Of a stretch of DNA of 64,000 bases, positions 35,303 through 47,532 are shown piece after piece. The stretch is taken from contig OZ024760.1 of the NCBI GenBank assembly GCA_964016885.1, positions 20,398,001-20,462,000 of the forward strand, in the 5' to 3' direction. The translations under genes were made by a program, and so were the position numbers. Position 1 is the stretch's first letter. Each line of letters opens with the position of its first letter. The DNA is from Eledone cirrhosa (taxonomy: Eukaryota). The notes under the pieces were generated by a model. That model had not been told where the DNA came from. It did not search any database and saw nothing but the letters and a program-made list of their open reading frames with translations.

Positions 35303-38300
35303 CATGTTTAATATTGAAATGGCTTCTACAGGACTAGAACTGTTTCTTGATTTCTTTTGAATGAAACAGTTCTGATCCTGTAAAAGCCATTTCTTTATGA
35401 AGCATGATGTTTACACTCTACTAATGTATTGAGTAACTTACTGTGGTCCCATTCCCGATTGAACCCAGGATTCTCACACATACATATATATAATAATAAT
35501 GATAATAATAATAATAATGAAATTATTGTGTAAAGTGCTCAGGTGCACTACAACTCGTCAATATAGTACATAGAATAATACACAAATGTCAGGGAAGTAC
35601 ATGTTTGTATGTGTTAGCTGTAGTGTTGGCGGATCTCGGGAAGCATGGAGGCCTTAAAGGATGCAGTGTCTCGACAGCTAACAACTGATGCAGGTAGTTT
35701 GTTCCATGCTTCAGCAACTCTGAGCGTGAAAAAATGTTTCCGAAAGTCATGGGAACTGTGCTGTTTTCTTACTTTGTGGGCATGTCCACGTGTGTTAGAC
35801 ACATGGAAATCAAAAAGGCACTCAGGGTTGTTGTTGGCAACATGGTTAACAATTTTGTGGGTGTTTACCAAGTCAGTTGCCAGGCGTCGGAGCTTCAATG
35901 AATCCATGCCCAGGGAAGCAAGGCGCTCAGAGTATGGTAGATGCCTGATGGAGGGTATTCGCTTGGTTGCACGTCTCTGAACAGTTTCCAGTATATATGA
36001 TGGCAGGTTTTAATATCAAGTATAAAAAACATTTTAAAATTGGCTGTTTTTATTTTTATCATAATACAAGGGTAGGTTTGGTACCAGATTGGCAAAATGG
36101 AGGAAGGTCCATGAAATTCAGCTAGAAAGATAAACAAATAACAAAGAGCAACTTGGAAGAGTTAAATGAGATTATACCTTGTTGGTACTAAACCCAGCTC
36201 ATCTAAACCTTTAGCTTCTTCTAAATTCCTTGGAAAACCATGTAGCACCCAACCACATGTCATGCAGTCCAGCTGTGTCAGACGTTCCTTCACAATGAGG
36301 AGGATAACTTCAAGAGGTACTAAATAGGGAGAAGAAAATATATATATAACAATATTAATAATAACAGTTTCTGATTTAGGTACAAGGCCAACCATTTTTA
36401 TTGGGAGGGGCAATTTGATTAAATCGACACCAGTACATTACTGGTACTTTATTTTATCGACTGCGTAAGGATGAAAGGCAAAGTTAACCTCGGTGGGATT
36501 TGAACTCAGACCGTAAAGTGGTGTAACTCTATGCTGCAAAGCATAGGGTCCGACCCTCTACCGATTCTGCCATAATGATGGTTTCTGATTTTAGGCATGG
36601 AACCAACAATTTTGAAGGGAAGGAAAAGTCAATTAAATTGACCCTAATGTGTTATTGGTACTTTATTTTATTGATCGCATAATGATGAAAGTTAAAAACC
36701 AGTAAAAGAGTCAAAGAATGTCATTCACTATAAATATGGTAAGAAATAGGTCGTTCCTGTTACTTACAGGGGGAATCATGGTCTAAATATGCTTTCGCAA
36801 TATCTTCAGTCATCTTTCCATTTTTGATTGCTTGCTTTATCAGTTCAGAACAAGAAACTGGAAAATAAAATATGAAATGGTGATTATTTTAGAAATAAAT
36901 AGACAATTATAATTTTGTATTTTGTATATAGTCACTCAGCAGATCCCGTCAGAAGCAACCATCACCAGCCGGACAGGTGGAAATGGTTGCTTCTGACAGG
37001 ATCTGCTGGAAAGAGTGTTTGAGGACTCTGCCCCATCGGAAAGGTACAGGAAAAAAGAGTTCTCTATTTAGAACACTCCTTTTTCCTGTACCTTTCCGAT
37101 GGAAATACATCATTTAAACAGCTCCAACCGGGAACGATCGAAGCATATTCTATATTACATAAATAATTGGCACCTTCCAGCCCGATAAGTTGAGCACTCT
37201 ACAGTTTCAGGAAATTAACCAATATACCATGGACATACATAACTATATGGCTTAGTGGTTAGAGCATTGGGCTTGCAATTGAAAGGTTGTGAGTTTGATT
37301 CTCGGACCGGGTGATGTGCTGTGTCCTTGAGCAGGACACTTGATTTCATGTTGCTCCAGATACTCAGTTGTAGAAATGAGTTGTAATGTCACTGGTGTCG
37401 AGCTGTGTCGGCCATAGCCTTTCCCTTGGACAACATCAGTGGCATGAAGAAGAGAGACTGGTATGTATGGGTGACTGCAGGTCTTCCTCAAACAACCTTG
37501 CCCAGGCTTGTGCCTCGGAGGGAAACTTTCTAGGTGAAAATCACATGGTCATTGGTGACCAAAGGGGGTCTTTCGATATATATACACGCACAAAAGAGAA
37601 AGAGGGAGAGAGTCCAGCCTATATATAGTTATACGGGGTGCTATAGTTGAAGAAGTGAACAGTTGTCTCTATATTGTGCCTTTCTCTTGTCAATAATACA
37701 AAAGTGTAATTCTTTCTCCATACTTACTGTTGACCAACTGAAAACGTTTTGCTAACAAATGTGCCTGGGTCTTCTTACCACTGCCTGTGGCACCCAGGAG
37801 GATAATGCGGGGTGTATGTGGTGCCATGGACTGTGGCTTCCGGCTCAGAAAGCAAAGTACTGAAATTCAAAATTGAATAATAATAATAATTGTTTCTACT
37901 TTTGGCACAAGGCCAGCAATTACCCAGTAGATTCCTGGTACTAATAATAATAATATTTGTTTCTACTTTAGGCACAAGGCCAGCAATTACCCAGTGCATT
38001 ACTGGTACTTTATTTTATCGACCCCGTAAGGATGAAAGGCAAAGTCAACCTCGGCGGGATTTGAACTCAGATCGTAAAGGGACGTAACTATGCTGGAAAG
38101 CATGGCGTCCGACCCTCCACCGATACTGCCAATCCACCACCCTAGCATGGCGTCCGACCCTCCACCGATACTGCCAATCCACCGCCCTAATTTAATAATT
38201 ATAATAATGACAACAATAATAATTACTAGTATCATAACTATTTCATTAAGTTGGTTTTTAAGATAAAAATAGAAAATGTTCTTCTGTAAAATTATGATGG

Positions 38301-39718
38301 AAAGATTTAATTTAGATATAAACTTTTTTTAATAAAATGAACAGTTTAATCGGAGAAGAGAACATCAGGCAGTTTCAGATGGATTGATATTAAGGTGGTC
38401 AAGATAATGGACTGGCCAGAAATAGCCACAGACCACACAAAAACCAGTTTTAGGTTGATTGATATCAACCTTTTTGATTTCCATGTGTCTAACACATGTG
38501 GGCATGCCCACAAAGTCAGTAAACAGTACAGTTCCCATGACTTTCGGAAACATTTTTTCACGCTCAGAGTTGCTGAAGCATGGAACAAACTACCTACATC
38601 GGTTGTTAGCTGTCGAGACACTGCATCCTTTAAGGCATCCATGGAACAAACTACCTACATCAGTTGTTAGCTGTCGAGACACTGCAACCTTTAAGGCCTC
38701 CATGGAACAAACTACCTACATCGGTTGTTAGCTGTCGAGACACTGCATCCTTTAAGGCCTCCATGCTTCCCGAGATTCGCCAACACTACACCTAATGTTC
38801 CCCCTCCATACACATACACACATGTATACCATGACTCATACACTATTCACTTCCCTGACATTTGTGTATTATTCTATGTACTATACATGCACCTTTGACG
38901 AGTTGTAGTGCACCTGAGCACTTTACACAATAATTTCATTATATATTATATAAAGTGGTCAAGATATTGATCCAGAATAACCAGGAATAGCCACATATCA
39001 AACTAGAGGCAGTTTTAGATGGGTTGGTATCAAAGTGGTCAAGACATTGGCTTGGAATAGCCACAAAGCAGACCAACAACCAAAACTAGCAAAAGAATAA
39101 GAATTAACAACTCCTCACCATTTGATAGAATATCTGCTTTGGGTTGGTCGGCATTTATTTTTTTGTGATTCTTAGGAAAGCGTTGGAGAAGTCCAGGCAA
39201 ATTATATTGGTACTTTAGGTATTTCTGGATTATTTCCGCTTCAGTATATCCTGGGACTTCAACCAAGTTGGCCTTGAGGTCAGAACTCAACGGCCAGTCA
39301 AATGATAAATGGTAGATGTCTGAAAAAATATTATTGAAATCATTGTTTTTTTCTTTTTCTCACAGTCACCTTGTCACTGTCTCACTGTGACATCAGGTCA
39401 CCTTGTCACTGTGTCACTCTGACATCAGGTCACCTTGTCACTGTGACATCAGGTCACCTTGTCACTGTATCACTGTGACATCAGGTCACCTTGTCACTGT
39501 GTCACTGTGACATCAGGTCACCTTGTCACTGTGTCACTGTGATATCAGGTCACCTTGTCACTGTATCACTGTGACATCAGGTCACCTTGTCACTGTATCA
39601 CTGTGACATCAGGTCACCTTGTCACTGTATCACTGTGACATCAGGCCACCCACCTTGACATCATAAATATTTTACAGATCTTTAATTTTCTCTGTGTATG
39701 TATGTGTGTGTGTGTGTG

Positions 39719-39759
<41 letters not shown>

Positions 39760-40608
39760 TTATATGTATATTATCATCATCATCATCATTTTACATCCGT
39801 TTTTCCCTGCTTGCAAGGGTGGGACGGGAACTGATTCTGGCTTGATTTCTACAGCTGGATGCCCTTCCTAACACCAACCTCATTTACAGTGAGTGCTGGG
39901 TGCTTTTTTTTCCGTGGCGCCTACACGTCCATTTTACAGTGTGGGCTGGGTGCTTTTTTGCCGTGGCACCTCCACGACCCCAGTCCCTATCATCTCATTT
40001 CTACAGCTGAGTAAACTGGAGCAATGTGAAATAAAGTGAAATAAGAACTTAAGGCTTGATTAATATTTTAGTTAAATCAGGAGTTGCAACCGGTAGATAA
40101 TATCAGCAATGGAAAAAAAAACAGGGGAAACATTGCATCCTTGGTCCGATTTGACGATCTCCAGCTCACTCAGTGAATGACGTCTAGGATCTTGTAAATC
40201 AAACTCTATGCTGTGAGAGCAATACTGAATCAATTTAACAGTTAAAAGGGAAGTAAATTATGAAACATAGAATAATTATTTCTACTTTTGGCACAAGGCC
40301 GGCAATTATCCCAGTGCATTACTGGTACTTTGTTTTATCGACCTCGTAAGGATGAAAGGCAAAGTTAACCTCGGCGGTATTTGAACTCAGACCATAAAGG
40401 GACGTAACTCTTTGCTGCAAAGCATGGCATCCTACCCTCTACCAATCCATGTGTGAGCGTGAATATGTGTGCTCGGATTACCTTGTACTAATGTTAGAAA
40501 GAATTATAGTATGCGGTAAGAAACTCTCAGCAGAGTTGGACATCAGAAGGTATTCAGAGAAGAAACCTTCCTAAAGTGTTTTGGCCCTATATACATATAT
40601 ACATATAA

Positions 40609-40641
<33 letters not shown>

Positions 40642-43600
40642 ACGAAGGAAATGTGGTAAGGAACCAGGTGGACCATAACGCACCAAAGTACTCAATACTT
40701 AGGGTAGTAGAGTGGGTAATAGGAACGAGTAGGACCCCGACGGCTGAGCTCAAGCCGTTTCGATGGGTTATTCTGGACGAGTCCAGAATTAGCCGTCGAA
40801 ACGGCTTGAGCTCAGCCATTGGGGTCCTATTCGTTCCTATATATATATATATATATATATCATCTCATCATCATCTTCGTTTAACGTCCACTTTCCACAC
40901 TAGCATGGGTTTCAGAGAAGACCCTCTTAAATCAAGAGTTTCAGCCCTTAACTTCTACAGTAGATATATAGGTATTAAACTATATCTTACCTCCATTCCT
41001 TTGATCAACCCGTTTACCAAAGGCTCTCTCTACAAGGATGCTCTCCAAGGCCTCCAAGAAAACTGAGGAATACATTGATATTAAGGAACTTATGTAGTGT
41101 AATATCGTTATGTCAATAAACATATATATATACACAAACACACACACACAAACACACATGTACAAACACACACGCACATATCTATGTGTGTGTTGTGTGT
41201 ATGCATGTGTGTGTTGTGTGTGTGTGTGCTGTGTGTGTGTCTATACAACTAGGTTGACACACTGTAAAGAAATCAAATGTTTAACCTTTTAGCATTTACA
41301 TTACTCTCATTTCATCATCATCATTTCATTTTACATCCGCTTTTTCCCTGCTTGCAAGGATGGGACGGGAACTGATTCTGGCTTGATTTCTACAGCTGAA
41401 TGCCCTTCCTAACACCAACCTCATTTACAGTGAGTGCTGGGTGCTTTTTTGCCGTGGCACCTCCACGACCACTTTGCAATGGAATGATAGGAACCCCAGT
41501 CCCTATCATCTCATTTCTGCAGCTGAGTAAACTGGAGCAATGTGAAATAAAGTGTCTTGCTCAAGGAAACAACACATCACCCGGTCTGAGAATTGAACTC
41601 ACAACCTTTCGATTGCAAGCCCAATGCTCTAACCACTAAGCCATGTGCCTCCATACTCTATATTTGCTATTGTATTTTTTGTGGTAAAGTCTTTATCTCA
41701 CATAATATCTCACAAAATATCGAATCTATGAGATATTTATGTTATTTATTTTGAGAACAATACCTTAATGTAGATATGAGCAGCCAGTTACAGCTGGTTT
41801 GAACAGAAAGAGGTGAGAGAATTCTGGCCGGATATGGCTGGTTTAAATACTAAAGGGGTAAACACAATCTATAAATACAATGATGTTACAATCTGGCTAC
41901 TGAAATAATAATTGTTTCTGATTTAGGCACAAGGCCAACAATTCTGAGAGTGGGGGGAAGTTGATTAAATAAAGTACCAGTAACGCACCTGGTTTCATTA
42001 ATGGTGCTTTATCTAATAGACCCTGTAAGGATGAAAGGCCAAGTTAACCTCGGCGGGATTCGAACTCGGAACGTAAAGGGCCGTAACTCTATGCTGCAAA
42101 GCGTGGTGTCCGACACTCTACCGGTTACTGTGAATCCAACACGCCCTATCATAATGTCGTAATGATAAAGAATGTGGAATGTTTACATCCAAGAAACTTA
42201 CTGCAGTGAGTTGGATAAATACCAGCTTGCTGCATCTTGGCAATAGACTCTTGGTTGGAAAGTAGTCCTTCAAGAACCCAACCATTTCTCTTACACTTGC
42301 CTGTTTCTGTTTCTTCCAACAACACACGCACCCATAATTCCACTGGAATCGGCTGGTGGGCGAAAAAAGAAAAGAAAAAAAATTTTTTTTCTTCTTTCTT
42401 CAAATAAAAACAAATGAATTAAAAATAAATAAAAGAACACGGCAAAAAGCACCCAGGACACACTGTAAATGAGGTTGGCGTTAGGAAGGGTATCCAGCTG
42501 TAGAAAACCAACCAGAGACAGTCCTATATGAATGAGATGCGCTCACCCAACCCAACTTGTCTCTAAATGGGACAAACTCGTCTAACCCATCTTAGCGTGG
42601 AAGATGGACGTTAAATGATATTTTTAATTCAATATATACTTTTGATATATATATATATATCATCATCATCATCGTTTAACATCAATCTTCCACAGTAGCA
42701 TGGGTTAGATGGTTTTGTTCCATTTGATGCGGGATTGGTCGGCAAACCGTGTCTTGCTCGTACGGAAGTGACTCTGGAAGGTTTTCTATGGCTGGATGCC
42801 CTTCCTAACACCAACCACCTTTACAGTGTGGACTGGGAGCCTTTTTGCCGTGTCTCCTGCATGACCACTTTACAGTGTGCACTGGGTGCTTTTTATTGTA
42901 TCACCGACACAGTGGATGGAAATGGGAGGATGGGGTAGGGTGTGTGGGGTGGGGTGTACATTGGGTTAAGATATATATTGATTTCTAACAGTCAAAAGAT
43001 ATTAGACTTGTAGAATATATTGTTAAAGCTGACCCAGGACTAAACTGATAGGGATATATTGTGCTACTGATTTCTATTGATACTGCATGGACACTGCTTC
43101 TATCTGTCTACCAGCGCTCGGACACTACTGGTGGTGCTCAGACACTGCTTCTATCTGTCTACCAGTGCTCAGACACTGCTTGTCTGTCTATCAGTGCTCA
43201 GACACTGCTTGTCTGTCTACCAGTGCTCGGACACTGCTGGTGGTGCTCAGACACTGCTTCTATCTGTCTACCAGTGCTTGGACACTGCTTCTATCAGTCT
43301 ACCAGTGATCGGACACTGCTGGAGGTGCTCAGACACTGCTTCTATCTGTCTACCAGTGCTCGGACACTGCTGGTGGTGCTCAGACACTGCTTCTATCTGT
43401 CTACGAGTGCTCAGACACTGCTTCTATCTGTCTACCAGTGCTTGGACACTGCTGGTGGTGCTTAGACACTGCTTCTATCTGTCTACCAGTGCTCAGACAC
43501 TGCTTCTATCTGTATACCAGCACTCGGACACTTCTGGCGGTGCTCAGACACTGCTTCTCTCTGTCTACCACTGCTCAGACACTGCTTCTATCTGTCTACC

Positions 43601-44490
43601 ATTTCTTGGACACTGCTCTCGTCTGTCTATCAAGTAATTCTTGGACAATGCTACTATCTATCTATTCACCAATTCTTCCTCTCATCTTTGGCCAAGAAAC
43701 CAATGCTATAATTTATCCAGTGTAAAGAATCTTAAATGTACATTCATTAAAATTATGTTGATTCTGGAAAAAGGGCAATTTAAAAATGTTTGCCCTGTTC
43801 CCATCATATGCTCCATTTGACATTAAAGTCGCTTCTAAATGGAAAATTTTCAAAATACTTTTAAAAATCAACTCAAGATCAATTCAAATATGCAAATTAA
43901 AACACACAAAACAAAAAAACAAACATTCTTTGAATTTACCTTTTTTCCGAGTTCCAAAATTTTTAGCTCATATTCTAAATCTGACGGTGCCATTCTTATT
44001 AAATATTTTTCATTCAAGTATACCAAGTTCAGCTTTTTGCAGATCATCATGGCCATGGTGGTCTTCCCTGATGACGGAGGCCCAAAAATGATGACCTTCA
44101 GGACTAAAGGGAGAAAAACAGGAAAATAATTGTTTCTAATTTAGGCACAAGGCCAGCAAATACCCAGTGCATTACTGGTACTTTATTTTATCGACCCCGT
44201 AAGGATGAAAGGCAAAGTTAACCTAGGCGGGATTTGAACTCAGATCGTAAAGGGACGTAACTATGCTGGAAAGCATGGCGTCCGACCCTCTACCGATACT
44301 GCCAATCCACGAATAATGATTTTTTTTATATAGGCACAGGGCCATCAATTTTTTTTATGGGGCGGGGGCGGGAGTCGATTAAATGAACCCCAGTGCATGA
44401 CAGGTACTTTATTTTATCGACCCCGTAAGGATTTGAGCGCAGATCATAAAGGGCCATAACTCCATGCTAGTGTGGTAGTGTATATACAGA

Positions 44491-44521
<31 letters not shown>

Positions 44522-45622
44522 ATGTGTGTGTGCGAGTGTGTGTGTGTGTGTATGTGTATGTGTGTCGTAGTGTAAAGAGATGTGTGTGTGTGTGTGGTAG
44601 TGTAAAGAGATGTGTGTGTGTGTGTGTGGTAGTGTAAAGAGATGTGTGTGTATGTGTGTGGTAGTGTAAAGAGATGTGTGTGTGTATGTATGTGTGGTAG
44701 TGTAAAGAGATGTGTGTGTGTGTATGTGTGTGTGGTAGTGTAAAGAGATGTGTGTGTGTGTGTGTGTGGTAGTGTAAAGAGATGTGTGTGTGTGTGGTAG
44801 TGTAAAGAGATGTGTGTGTGTGTGTGTGTGTGGTAATGTAAAGAGATGTGTGTGTGTGGTAGTGTAAAGAGATGTGTGTGTGTGTGTGTGTGGTAGTGTA
44901 AAGAGATGTGTGTGTGTGTGTGTGTGGTAGTGTAAAGAGATGTGTGTGTGTGTGTGTGGTAGTGTAAAGAGATGTATGTGTGTGTGGTAGTGTAAAGAGA
45001 TGTGTGTGTGTGTGTGTGTGGTAGTGTAAAGAGATGTGTGTGTGTGTGTGGTAGTGTAAAGAGATGTGTGTGTGTGGTAGTGTAAAGAGATGTGTGTGTG
45101 TGTGGTAGTGTAAATAGATGTGTGTGTGTGTGGTAGTGTAAAGAGATGTGTGTGTGTGTGTGTGGTAGTGTAAAGAGATGTGTGTGTGTGTGTGTGTGTG
45201 TGTGAAGGTAAAAGTATGTCCTTACCTTCTTTCAAATCTTTGTTCAGAATATCAATGAGAAATTGCAGAGGTTCTTCTGGTTTATATAGCAACAGCTGCT
45301 CCACTAGAAACTGTAACATCAACAACAACATCAACATCAACAACATCAACAACATCAACAACATCAACATTAACAACAACAACATCAACATCATCAACAT
45401 CAACATCAACATTAACATCAACATTAACATCAACAACATTTACAACATCATCATCAACATCAACATCAACAACATCATCATCATCAACATCAACAACATC
45501 AACAACATCAACATTAACAACAACATCAACATCATCAACATCAACATCAACATTAACATCAACAACATTAACAACATCATCATCAACATCAACATCAACA
45601 ACATCATCATCATCATCATCAT

Positions 45623-45660
<38 letters not shown>

Positions 45661-47482
45661 TTAACAACAACAACATCAACATCATCAACATCAACATCAA
45701 CATTAACATCAACAACATTAACATCATCATCATCATCAACATCAACATCCTCATCATCATCATCATCATCATCAACATCAACATCAACATCAACATCATC
45801 AACATCATCATCATCAACATTAACAACATCATCATCAACAACATGTACTTCCCTGGCATTTGTGTATTATTCTATGTACTATATTGACGAGTTGTAGTGC
45901 ACCTGAGCACTTTACACAATAATTTCATTATTATTATTATTATTATCATAATCAACATCAACAACAACATCAACATTAACAACATCAACATCAACATTAA
46001 CAACATCAACATCAACATTAACAACATCAACATCAACATTAATGTATTATATGGCAGTGATGGGGGGGGGGGGGGGGGGGGGGTATTATGTGACCATGAG
46101 GGGCCAGTGGCCCATATAGTTTGAGAACTTCTGGTTTAGAGGGTCTGATGTCAAGAAAGGGAAACTAAGGACACCCAACCACCCACCTAATGGTAAATAG
46201 AAAGATTAGATCTTAAAATAGTTTCAATGTCAACCATGGAGAGAACTTAATATAATGGTAATGGACAGAGGGGAGGGGGGTCTCCTTAAAATACAACCCA
46301 TGCTAGCATGGAAAAACGGACTGAAAACATGAAGATGTGTGTGTGTGCGTGTGTGCGTCTGTATGTGTATCTGTGTATGTATGTATATGTGCGTGTTTAT
46401 GTATGCGGGTGTGTATGTTTGTGTGTCTGTGTCTGCGTGTATGTCTGTATGTGTATGTGTATCTGTGTATGTATGTATGTATGTATGTATATGTGCGTGT
46501 TTATGTATGCGTGTGTGTATGTTTGTGTGTCTGTGTCTGCGTGTATGTCTGTATGTGTATGTGTATCTGTGTATGTATGTATATGTGCGTGTGTGTATGT
46601 TTGTGTGTCTGTGTCTGCGTGTATGTCTGTATGTGTATGTGTATCTGTGTATGTATGTATATGTGCGTGTTTATGTATGCGGGTGTGTATGTTTGTGTGT
46701 CTGTGTCTGCGTGTATGTCTGTATGTATATGTGTATCTGTGTATGTATGTATATGTGCGTGTTTATGTATGCGGGTGTGTATGTTTGTGTGTCTGTGTCT
46801 GCGTGTATGTGTGTATGTGTATCTGTGTATGTATGTATATGTGCGTGTTTATGTATGCGGGTGTGTATGTTTGTGTGTCCGTGTCTGCGTGTATGTCTGT
46901 ATGTGTATGTGTATGTATGTGAAGCTTATAATGACGATGACATTGACGAAAAAGAAATAATTGTTTCTACTATAGGCACAAGACCAAAACGATACTAAAT
47001 AATTAAATAATTAAATAATAATCAAACAAAACAAAACAAAATAAAAAATATTTATAAGAAGACATCAAACGTGTCTACATCATTTTTAGTTTCGTATAAA
47101 TCTCAATTGGAAGAAAGCAGACGAGATGTAGGGGAATGGCGGGAATTTAAGTGGAGACTTTTTACTTGACTCTCAACATTCATTTTGGTAAGTCTATATG
47201 AATATATATATATATTATTTATTCTTTCGTTTTTAAATAGACATTATATATCATTGAATTATATTTGTTAATTCTAAATAATTTATTCGTAAAAGAAATG
47301 TTTTTTTTTGTTCGTTTTTTTTCAAATGAAATTTATGTTTGATAATAGTTTAAAGAGAAAATATATTGTAAATTGATTTAAATGTATGTATAATGAAATT
47401 ATTGATTTAATAACCTCCAGATATTACCGAAATATATACATATATAATATTATATATATATAATATAATATATATATATAAT

Positions 47483-47532
<50 letters not shown>

